From: a virus
IMG/VR virus record: IMGVR_UViG_3300002835_000041
Span: 1-64,000 of that record
Length of the DNA: 64,000 bases
Strand: one strand, 5' to 3'
This document shows, one piece after another, positions 1 through 8,800 of the stretch. Each line of letters starts with the position of its first letter. The first letter of the stretch is position 1. The notes below the pieces were generated by a model. It was given only the letters and a program-made list of their open reading frames with translations, was not told where the DNA came from and did no database searches. Both the position numbers and the translations under genes were made by a program.

Positions 1-861
1 TTAGCAAAGGATGGCCGTCGTGTAACAATGAAGGCTAATTCTATGGAACTTGAGAAGGTAAACGTCGGTGAGCGTGTAATTCGTGCAGCAGCGCAAGCAG
101 TTGGTAACTACACAAACACAGGTGCAACATTCTCTAAGGTCGAACTTACTACCAAGAAGATTCGTCTTGATTGGGAAGTAACAGCAGAATCATTGGAAGA
201 TGGTGTAGAAGGTGACGCTCTAGAAGATCACTTGGTACGCTTGATGACCAACGCATTCGCAAACGATATCGAAGATCTCGCTATCAATGGTGATGGTGCA
301 ACAGGAGCATTCTTGTCAATCATGCCAGGCTTTATCAACAAGGTAAAGACAAACGGAGATGCACATGAGTCAGTAGTAACCGTAGCAGATAATGCTTGGA
401 CACCTGATGTAATGCAGGGCATCATCAATGCAATGCCACGTAAGTACCGTGCACTTAAGAACAATCTTAAGTTCTACGCAGGTACAGATGCATTCGGTGG
501 AATCGTTAAGAACAACGGTACACTTGCTGATGCAGTAGCAGAAGCATTTGCTGGACAGGTCCCAGGATCAACCCAAGCAAACCGCCAGTCATACCTTGAT
601 GGTATCGGACAGACATTCGGTGGAGCACGTACAACTCGTGTTCTCGGAATCGAAGTTCAGGAAGTTCCTTACTACCCAGCAGGCTATATCGATTTGACAT
701 TCCCTGCAAACCGTGTATGGGGATTCCAAAGAGACATCACTGTAAACCGTGAGTACGTAGCGAAGAAGGATACAATTGAATACACTGTATTCGTTCGCTT
801 CGGTATCAACTGGGAAGAAGAGGATGCAATCGCATTCGCTGACGCTGCAGCAGACGCATAG
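1..861 (+). CDS. Major capsid protein, C-terminal part (5'-truncated by the window)
   Basis: Frame is open from base 1 (LAKDGRRVTM...). HK97-like capsid motifs KKIRLDWEVTAESLED..EG and FANDIEDLAINGDG. Optimal-codon bias, followed by a strong terminator and head-tail genes. Confidence 0.9.
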   Translation, partial: LAKDGRRVTMKANSMELEKVNVGERVIRAAAQAVGNYTNTGATFSKVELTTKKIRLDWEVTAESLEDGVEGDALEDHLVRLMTNAFANDIEDLAINGDGATGAFLSIMPGFINKVKTNGDAHESVVTVADNAWTPDVMQGIINAMPRKYRALKNNLKFYAGTDAFGGIVKNNGTLADAVAEAFAGQVPGSTQANRQSYLDGIGQTFGGARTTRVLGIEVQEVPYYPAGYIDLTFPANRVWGFQRDITVNREYVAKKDTIEYTVFVRFGINWEEEDAIAFADAAADA

Positions 862-882
862 TCTGTAAACAGTACCTTTAAT

Positions 883-912
883 GGGGGGCGGGAGTTCACT
901 CTCCTGTCCCCC
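883..912 (+). terminator. Hairpin after the capsid gene (putative intrinsic terminator)
   Basis: GGGGGGCGGGAG-ttcact-CTCCTGTCCCCC, a 12-bp stem with G-U pairs, followed by an AT-rich run. Confidence 0.75.
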
Positions 913-951
913 TTAATACTTTAATGATATAATACAAACAAGGAGGATACA

Positions 952-1419
952 ATGGAAAATAATAAAACATTAGCAGAGCAATTAGCGGAGAAGCAAGAGT
1001 CTGCAGTTGGATACTGGTCAACACCAGAGCAAGTTAAAGAAGCAGCAGAAGCCAAGTTAGCAGAAGCAGCAGTTGTAGAAGCACCAGTTTCCGAGCCAGT
1101 TGTTGAAGCAGTTGCTGAAGAAGCACCAGCAGCAGTTGTAGAAGCACCAGCAGCAGAAGATCCAGTTCAATCACTAGGATTTACAAAGACAGGTGCTATT
1201 GGATCAATGGCAGCCGATGGCCCAAAGAAAGATGTTAAGCCATCAACAGACCTTACAGAAAAGGTAGCGATCCACTCAACAAAGAGTGTTCGTTGGGAAG
1301 AAGTTGGCTCAATTACTAAGGGTTACAATATTGTCACAAAGGCGCAAGCAGATAAGTGGCTAACCCGTGGACACGTTCGCATTGCAACACCTGAAGAAGT
1401 CCAGAAGGCTTTTGGGTAA
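952..1419 (+). CDS. Hypothetical protein with an Ala/Glu/Pro-rich N-terminal linker (head module)
   Basis: Upstream TGATATAAT and SD AGGAGG. Repeated AAVVEAP; globular C-terminus. Confidence 0.7.
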   Translation: MENNKTLAEQLAEKQESAVGYWSTPEQVKEAAEAKLAEAAVVEAPVSEPVVEAVAEEAPAAVVEAPAAEDPVQSLGFTKTGAIGSMAADGPKKDVKPSTDLTEKVAIHSTKSVRWEEVGSITKGYNIVTKAQADKWLTRGHVRIATPEEVQKAFG

Positions 1420-1425
1420 TTAGAT

Positions 1426-2322
1426 ATGGAAATATTGAGAGTTTCGCCATATGCAGATATATCTGTTGATTTTGTAGTTCCTGCGGGAATAGCATCATCA
1501 CCTATAACTGTTACCATAACGGATATGGCGGATCTTTCAGTATCATCATTAACATTTTTAAATAAATCAGCAGGAAACATTCTTGACATATCTTTACCAG
1601 GAAAGTATGACTCTTCTTATAGAGTTGAGATTGTTAAAAGTCCTGGAACAATAAACGAAGTTTTTTTGCAAGATGAAACATACGAAATAGTTAGACCGTA
1701 TGTAGATCCATCAACAAAAGCAAGCACAGCATCTGACATAGCGACATACGCCATAAATGAAGAAATTGCAAGAGCAGTTATTGATTCAATAATAACAGAA
1801 GGATTTTACTACAAGAAAAAGGTTTTAAATTTTACAGGAACTGGATCAGACTACCTACCTATCTGGGATGATGTAAAAAAGGTATTAGAGGTATACGAAA
1901 ATAACAAGTTGGTAGAAGATAGACAGTACGAAGTTACATCAGATAAGACAGCAATTGTTGAGAAGTCTCTAGACAATATTAATCGTGCAGAGTCTGCCCC
2001 ACTGGTATTGCCAGCAGCAGCATCAGATTCTCTTGATCCACAGTTCGTATACAGAGGGTTTGGCAAGACTTGGGACTATCGGATTACAGTAGAGCATGGA
2101 TATACAGCCGTTCCATCAGACATTGTTCGAGCAACAGAGATGCTAGTTCATGACATTGAGTGTGGTAAGTTAGACTATTACAAGAGATTCATTTCTTCTT
2201 ACAATACAGATCAGTTTAGAATTCAGTTTGACAAGGGTCTTTTCGAAGGAACAGGAAATATAATCGTAGATAAGATACTTTCTAAGTATGCTAAGTCTAT
2301 TACAAAAATTGGTGTGTTGTAA
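1426..2322 (+). CDS. Head-tail adaptor/connector protein
   Basis: Position after the capsid gene. C-terminal 'ITVEHGYTAVPSDIVRATEML' is typical of gp6/gp15-like adaptors. Confidence 0.7.
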   Translation: MEILRVSPYADISVDFVVPAGIASSPITVTITDMADLSVSSLTFLNKSAGNILDISLPGKYDSSYRVEIVKSPGTINEVFLQDETYEIVRPYVDPSTKASTASDIATYAINEEIARAVIDSIITEGFYYKKKVLNFTGTGSDYLPIWDDVKKVLEVYENNKLVEDRQYEVTSDKTAIVEKSLDNINRAESAPLVLPAAASDSLDPQFVYRGFGKTWDYRITVEHGYTAVPSDIVRATEMLVHDIECGKLDYYKRFISSYNTDQFRIQFDKGLFEGTGNIIVDKILSKYAKSITKIGVL

Positions 2323-2771
2323 TGACAGTTTGTGAGACACCAGATTTTATGTTTCCAATGCAGGCATCTGTATATCATCCAATAGTAAAACAAGGAGACT
2401 TTGGTTCAATCAAAAAGCACTGGGTTTTAGATAGAGTTTTTGCATGTAGTTTTAGTACTGGAGGTTCTGCATTTAAAGAAGAAGTAAAGCCAAATGTCAA
2501 CATTACACAAAATTCAATTCTTGTCGGAAGATCAAAGTCTGACATCAGAATCTCTTCTCTTGATAGTAAGAATGCTTTAACCAATATCTTGATATCTGAC
2601 ATTAAAGATCAAGAAGGTAACCTTATCTACATGGAGACATCTGGTCCTAGATCTGGTAAAGGCACACTTTTTGAAATAGCAACCTTTGAGCCTTTTACTG
2701 GACCGTTTGGAACTGTAGAGTCCTACAAGTTAGTAATAAGAAGATCAGAGAATCAGTCAGGTGATGTATGA
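2322..2771 (+). CDS. Head closure / head-tail joining protein (putative)
   Basis: Synteny, size and start/stop coupling to both neighbours. Confidence 0.5.
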   Translation: MTVCETPDFMFPMQASVYHPIVKQGDFGSIKKHWVLDRVFACSFSTGGSAFKEEVKPNVNITQNSILVGRSKSDIRISSLDSKNALTNILISDIKDQEGNLIYMETSGPRSGKGTLFEIATFEPFTGPFGTVESYKLVIRRSENQSGDV

Positions 2772-3442
2772 TAACAACATTTAACTCAAAGCAGTTTAAA
2801 AAAGATATGAATAATATAGTTAACTACTCTATTGGATTTTTAGACGGTGTGCAAAAAGGAAAGACAGTATTTTTAAAGACCATGGGAATGGAAACAGTCG
2901 AGGTAATGAAAGAGTTTATAGACTCAAACGCAAGGGTAAATCCTCAGATGCTTCATCACATATATGAGTGGAATCTAACTGGAAGCCCAGACGCAAGACT
3001 TTACGACATATCGTATACAGTAAGTAACTTGGGTCTATCTTTTAAATCATCTTTTAGTCAGTCAAGATCAATCAAGGATGGATCACGAACTCCTTTTTAT
3101 GATAAAGCAAGGATTATGGAAAACGGTATTCCAGTTACAATCAGGCCTAGGTCTGCACAGGTTTTGGCATTTGAGGACAATGGGGAGACAGTATTTACTC
3201 GTGGTCCAGTTGAGATTTTAAATCCTGGAGGAACGGAAGTAGAAGGTGGTTTTGAAAAGGTATTTGATATGTTCTTTAATAAGTTTTTCTCACAAGCATT
3301 TTTAAGAACAAGCGGGATTGCAAAATATCTTGAGAATCCCCAAGTATATAAAAAAGATATGCCAGCAGGAAAGAAATTAGGAAGATCTAAGGGCATATCG
3401 ACGGGGTATCGCTGGATCGCTAACGCAGGGTTAGGTGCATAA
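2768..3442 (+). CDS. Neck / tail completion protein (putative)
   Basis: Synteny between the adaptor and tail terminator; coupled genes. Confidence 0.45.
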   Translation: MITTFNSKQFKKDMNNIVNYSIGFLDGVQKGKTVFLKTMGMETVEVMKEFIDSNARVNPQMLHHIYEWNLTGSPDARLYDISYTVSNLGLSFKSSFSQSRSIKDGSRTPFYDKARIMENGIPVTIRPRSAQVLAFEDNGETVFTRGPVEILNPGGTEVEGGFEKVFDMFFNKFFSQAFLRTSGIAKYLENPQVYKKDMPAGKKLGRSKGISTGYRWIANAGLGA

Positions 3443-4005
3443 TGGATGCAATAATTCATCACCCACCTACGATTATTAATGCCTACCTAGCATCAAAGAT
3501 AAACCCTGACTTTGAGTTAGACATGGAAAGCCTAACTCTTTCTGATCCACCAGTATCAGGATCAAGATCAATTGGTACTACATATTTTTTCCCAACTCTC
3601 CCAACAGAAATTGATGCCTTGACTGAAACATTTCCACAAAGCAACGGAGTCTTTGGTGTTTACGATAGAATGTTTAAAATGAGAAGAATGCCATTTCCCC
3701 ATATTAAGTGCGAACAACTTCTTTATTATTTTTACTCAGTAGGAGACAATGCACAAAGAAACATGGTTATAACTCAGCAGCAGGTAAGCGATCTTCTTGA
3801 CAGGGGGGACGATTCGGCACAAGACCTAAATGCTTGGGCAGCAGCAAATCCAGGATCCTGGAACACAGAGTCTAAGCCACTATTCTTTCACAACTTTAAG
3901 ATCTATCAACTAGAAGAAACAAGAGACATCGTTGATTTTGGCACAGCCCGTACTTATGCGGGGAATAAGATAATTATCGACTACGACTGGCATCCAAACC
4001 CTTAA
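3442..4005 (+). CDS. Tail terminator-like protein (putative)
   Basis: Lies immediately upstream of the major tail protein. Confidence 0.45.
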   Translation: MDAIIHHPPTIINAYLASKINPDFELDMESLTLSDPPVSGSRSIGTTYFFPTLPTEIDALTETFPQSNGVFGVYDRMFKMRRMPFPHIKCEQLLYYFYSVGDNAQRNMVITQQQVSDLLDRGDDSAQDLNAWAAANPGSWNTESKPLFFHNFKIYQLEETRDIVDFGTARTYAGNKIIIDYDWHPNP

Positions 4006-4070
4006 TAAAGGGTGTTATAATTGTACTGAGGAAACAACCCCCTTTTAATAAAATGAAAGAGGTGAAATAT

Positions 4071-4730
4071 ATGGCATACAGCCGTGGTTCAAGTAGTAAC
4101 ATCATCGTAGGTGCAGCAGCACTATTTACTCATGATGGCCCAATCGGATATGTAGACGCAACAGGAAACATCACTGACGCACAAGCGAACACTGATCTTC
4201 CAGCAATGACAGCATCAACAACATCCTATAAGGAAACTTTGTCAAACGACAATGATTTCACAAACATCGGTTACACATCAAACGGTTTGGAACTCGCATT
4301 CCAGCCAGACTTTGGTGATGTAGCAGTAGATCAACTTCTAGACGTTGCTCGTTTATTCAAGCAAGGTATGACAGTTAATCTAAATACATCTTTTGCAGAA
4401 GCAACACTAGAAAATCTTCTAGTAGCAATTGCATCAAATGAGGAAATCGCAACAGGATCTAACCTATCGACACTAAGAATGTCAGCAGGAGATATCGGCG
4501 ACGTTCCACTAGAGCGTGGTATTGTAGCAGTAGGACCAGGATCTGGTTCTGCAGCAGTTGCAAAGGAAAGAATCTATGTAGCATACCGTGCACTCTCAAT
4601 TGAGAATGTAACAGTATCTGCAAAGCGTGACGAGGCTTCAATGTTTGAAGTTTCATTCCGTCTTCTTCCAAACGACAATGCGTCATACGGTAAGATCGTA
4701 GACCGCACACTTGCAGCACCATCAGCATAA
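4071..4730 (+). CDS. Major tail tube protein
   Basis: SD GAGGTG before ATG 4071. Motifs IGYTSNGLELAFQPDF, VDQLLD, EATLENL and FEVSFRLLP are typical of siphovirus tail tube proteins. Followed by a UUCG terminator. Confidence 0.85.
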   Translation: MAYSRGSSSNIIVGAAALFTHDGPIGYVDATGNITDAQANTDLPAMTASTTSYKETLSNDNDFTNIGYTSNGLELAFQPDFGDVAVDQLLDVARLFKQGMTVNLNTSFAEATLENLLVAIASNEEIATGSNLSTLRMSAGDIGDVPLERGIVAVGPGSGSAAVAKERIYVAYRALSIENVTVSAKRDEASMFEVSFRLLPNDNASYGKIVDRTLAAPSA

Positions 4731-4746
4731 TACAACTTAATATGAG

Positions 4747-4780
4747 AGGCTCAATCCTTCGGGGTTGGGCCTTTCTGTTT
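4747..4780 (+). terminator. Intrinsic terminator after the major tail gene
   Basis: AGGCTCAATCC-TTCG-GGGTTGGGCCT, then TTCTGTTT. C(UUCG)G tetraloop. Confidence 0.85.
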
Positions 4781-4794
4781 GGTATACTTATACA
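4780..4794 (+). promoter_or_regulatory. Extended -10 promoter, leaderless (TGGTATACT-6 nt-ATG)
   Basis: TATACT at 4783-4788, ATG at 4795, no SD. Confidence 0.7.
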
Positions 4795-5475
4795 ATGGCA
4801 ACAAAAATATATGACACAAAAAAAATATCATTAGTGGATGATAGGGTCATTATTGCTGCACCTTTAAAAATAAAATATTTAAGACAATTTTTAGAAACCT
4901 TTGAAACTATTAAGCAGGCAAAAACTGATGATGAGTCTATATCTGTGTTAGCCGAATGCGCTCTCATTGCAATGCAACAGTACTGCCCTTCAATCAAAAC
5001 AATAGAAGAGTTAGAGGACAGTTTGGATCTACCAACCATTTATGAAGTTATAGATATTGCAGCGGGAATTAAAATTAATGAGAAGTCAGAAGATACTGTT
5101 AAAAACCAGGCAGTAGATAGCGGATCAACCTGGGATACATTAGATTTGGCAAAACTAGAATCAGAGGTTTTTTTATTGGGGATCTGGAAAGACTATGATG
5201 AGTTAGAGTCGTCCATATCTATGCAAGAGTTAACTGCAACCTTAAAAATAAAAAGAGAGTTAGACTATAGTGATAAAAAGTTTTCTGCTGCAATGCAAGG
5301 AGTAGATTTAGACAAAAACTCTGGCAGTGGAAATGAATGGGAAGAGATGAAGGCCAGAGTCTTTAGCAAAGGGGCAACTGAAAATGCAAATGACATTCTT
5401 GCTTTGCAGGGCGTAAATGCTGAAAAGGCTGGTTTTGGAATAGGGCAAGGCCTTGATTACGAAGTTTATGAATAG
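4795..5475 (+). CDS. Tail assembly chaperone, fused long (GT-like) form
   Basis: The N-terminal ~100 aa are paralogous to 5531..5857. The C-terminal W..LDLAKLESEVFLLGIWKDYDELE region is T-like. Located between the tail tube and TMP genes. Confidence 0.75.
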   Translation: MATKIYDTKKISLVDDRVIIAAPLKIKYLRQFLETFETIKQAKTDDESISVLAECALIAMQQYCPSIKTIEELEDSLDLPTIYEVIDIAAGIKINEKSEDTVKNQAVDSGSTWDTLDLAKLESEVFLLGIWKDYDELESSISMQELTATLKIKRELDYSDKKFSAAMQGVDLDKNSGSGNEWEEMKARVFSKGATENANDILALQGVNAEKAGFGIGQGLDYEVYE

Positions 5476-5495
5476 TAAAAAATAAGCCTGCGCTA

Positions 5496-5525
5496 TGGTA
5501 TAATTGACTAAACCTTATAAGGAGG
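5496..5525 (+). promoter_or_regulatory. Extended -10 promoter plus strong SD for the short chaperone
   Basis: TGGTATAAT at 5496-5504; AAGGAGG at 5519-5525. Confidence 0.7.
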
Positions 5526-5530
5526 AATAA

Positions 5531-5857
5531 ATGGCAACTGCCACAACAGAAGAAAAGACAGTAACACTGATCGACGGTACAAAGATCAAAGTAAGACCAC
5601 TTAAAATCTCATTGCTTCGTCCATTTATGAAGAAGTTTGAGGATATTGCAAAGGTCGCAGAAGATAACGAAAAGTCTATGGATTTGCTAATGGACTGTGT
5701 TCAAATCGCAATGAAGCAATACAAGCCAGAATTGGCAGAAGACAAGGAAGCCCTAGAAGAAAACCTAGACCTTCCAACAGTATACAAGATTGTCGAAGAG
5801 GCATCAGGAATTAAACTTTCTGACGCATCACTACTTGGCAGCCTTGCAAATAACTAA
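5531..5857 (+). CDS. Tail assembly chaperone, short (G-like) form
   Basis: 108 aa directly before the TMP; motifs PLKISLLRPF and LDLPTVY. Confidence 0.8.
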   Translation: MATATTEEKTVTLIDGTKIKVRPLKISLLRPFMKKFEDIAKVAEDNEKSMDLLMDCVQIAMKQYKPELAEDKEALEENLDLPTVYKIVEEASGIKLSDASLLGSLANN

Positions 5858-5875
5858 ATAAAGAGGTGTTAATGG

Positions 5876-8800
5876 ATGGCTGATGTAGAATCCAATATTC
5901 ATGTAAATATTGATACGTCTGATGCTTTAGCAAGTCTAAAACTTCTGCAACGTCAAATATCAGCCTTCCATACACAAATGGCCAAGTCTGGCACTGCTGC
6001 AGCAGCGGTGGCAGCAAATCAAGCCCAGAACTTGATAAACAGCATAAATGCTACTGGACAATTCCAAGCATCAATGCGATCAGTAACATCAAGCACAGAG
6101 CAGTTTACTGACTCTTTAGAAAGAAATAAACTAACATCAAGAGAGTATTTTAGATACACTGGCGCTGCAACAAAAACATTTGGTAGATTATTTAGAACCG
6201 AATTTGACACAATCAACAAGGTTGCACGAGAGCGTGTAAAGGATATCCAGACCCAGTATATTAAACTAGGTCGTGGTGCAAATGGATCCTTGCAGGCAAT
6301 TGCAGTAAGACCTCTAACTCTAGATATGAAAAATCTTGGCACACAGACTGCCATTGCTGCACAAAGACAGCAACTGCTTAATCAACTTTTAAAGCAAGGC
6401 TCAACAAACCTCCTAAACTTTGGTAAGAATACTCAGTGGGCTGGTCGTCAGTTGATGGTTGGTTTTACAGTTCCTCTAGCAATGCTTGGAACAACCGCTT
6501 CAAAAACCTTCATGAAACTTGAAGAGCAGGCCATTAGATTTAAGCGTGTGTATGGAGAACTCTTTACAACACAAGAAGAAACTGAGCAAATGGTTAAGCA
6601 GATTCAACTGCTTGCAAAAGAATATACTAAGTATGGCGTAGCCGTAGAAGATACGATGAAGATGGCTGCAGATGCAGCAGCAATGGGTAAGATGGGTGCA
6701 GACCTAACTGCACAGGTTGCACAAGCAACTCGTCTTGCAGTTCTTGGCGGGGTAGAACAGACTCAGGCTTTAGAAACAACAATCTCGGTAACAAATGCGT
6801 TTGGTGTTGCAACAGAGGATCTTGCTAAAAAGATTGACTTTCTTAACGCAGTTGAAAACCAAACTGTTGTATCTATTGAGGATTTGACAATAGCAATGCC
6901 AAAGGCTGGCCCTGTTGTTCAGCAACTTGGTGGACAGGTTGAGGACCTAGCATTCTTCCTTACTGCTATGAAAGAAGGTGGAATTAATGCATCAGAAGGC
7001 GCTAACGCACTTAAGTCTGGCCTTGCTTCGTTAATTAATCCATCTGAAAAAGCATCAAAGTTTTTAGCAAGTCTTGGCGTAAATATAAAAGGAATTGTAG
7101 AAGGCAACAAAGGCGACGTTAAAAGCACCGTTATTGATTTTGCAAACGCACTAGACACTTTAGATCCTCTTAATCGTGCTCGTGCTATTGAGCAATTGTT
7201 TGGCAAGTTTCAGTTTTCAAGACTTTCAACATTATTTCAAAACGTAATAGGTGAGGGCACCCAGGCAGCAAGAGTTCTTAAACTAACAAATGCAACAACA
7301 GAAGAACTAGCAATTTTATCTGAGCGAGAATTAAGCAAGATTCAAAATACAACAACATATAAGTTTAAAAAGTCTATGGAAGATCTAAAGGTTGCAATTG
7401 CTCCTGTGGGAGAGCAGTTCTTAAAAGCACTTACACCCATTGTTGAATTTGTTGGAAAAATACTTGACAAGTTCAATAATCTTGGAGATGGTAGTAAAAA
7501 GTTTTTGACTATATTTACAGTTGCTGTAGCAGGAGTTGGTCCAATTCTTCTTATGACATTTGGTTTGATTGCAAATGCTGTTGCTAACATAATTAAATTA
7601 TTTGCAGGAATGAAGTCTATGTACAACAAGACTGGATCAGCAAGCAAGGTTTTGGGGGATCAAACAAACTATCTAACTAAAGAACAGTTAGAAGCCTCAG
7701 CAGTAGCAGCATCTCTTGATCAAGTACACACTAAACTTAAGCAAACTTTTACATCTGAAGCATCAGCAGTTAACATGCTGGCCAATGCATATAGAAGAGC
7801 CATTGCAGCACAGTTAGGATTTACAGGAGTTCCTGCTGGTAAGAGCATGCCCAAACTTAAATATTCTAAAGGAACAACAAGCGTTCCAGGACTTGGCAAT
7901 AAAGATACTGTGTCTGCAGACTTAACTCCTGGAGAAGCAGTAATTCCTCAAAAATCAGCACAAGATCCAGCGAACAGACCCTATATCGCACATATGGTTG
8001 CAGGTGGAAGAATTCCAGGATTATCAAATGCCCCTGAACTAACAGAAACAAAAGACAAAAAGCAAGTACAGATGAGCGAAACCCACGTAGGTGGTAAAAG
8101 CGAACCAAGACTAATATCAGATATAATAGCGGCTCATCCAGAGATGACCGATAACCAAAGATTAAAACTTATAACTATGCAACAGGTTCTTTTGTCACAG
8201 GGATTACCACCAGTGACAACAACCAAACACGGATTAATGTTTGACTTCCCTCTAGAGATTAATAAAAGAATGTATGGAGATGGAATACCAAAGGGAGAGT
8301 TTATAAATGAATGGTTAAAAGATGGAGCAGGAAAGTGGCACCCATCTGGACTAACTCCAGTTCAAGCACAAGCATTAGATGATGCTTTTTTAAATGCTGT
8401 AAAAGAATCTAGTGCAAAAAATGTTAATGATGATTTATTGAAAAAAATATTTGAAGAAGAGATTCCTAAAAAAATAAGTCCAAATGATCCAGGGTATCAA
8501 AGAGCAAAAACACTATACGTAACAGATTTTAGATTTAATATGGGTCAAGGATTAGGAACTACCCCAGAAACTAGCGCAGCAATACTAGAAAAAGCAAAGA
8601 CAACAATAGACCCAGCAACTGGTAAGCCTTACATTGCAGATTACGATATTAGAACTAGGTTCTCAGAAAGTCAGGGCAAGGTAGTAACATCTTCTGGAAC
8701 CGTAACACTTAATCCAGGAATATACAACGGGTTTGAAATTAAAGAGCCAACAACTGTAAACATGAACAGACTTGGAGCAGGAACAACACCAACCTTCTCT

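Noticed and set aside
5790-5875. Programmed -1 frameshift at the end of the short tail chaperone
   Set aside because: No convincing slippery heptamer and no downstream T frame before the TMP start.
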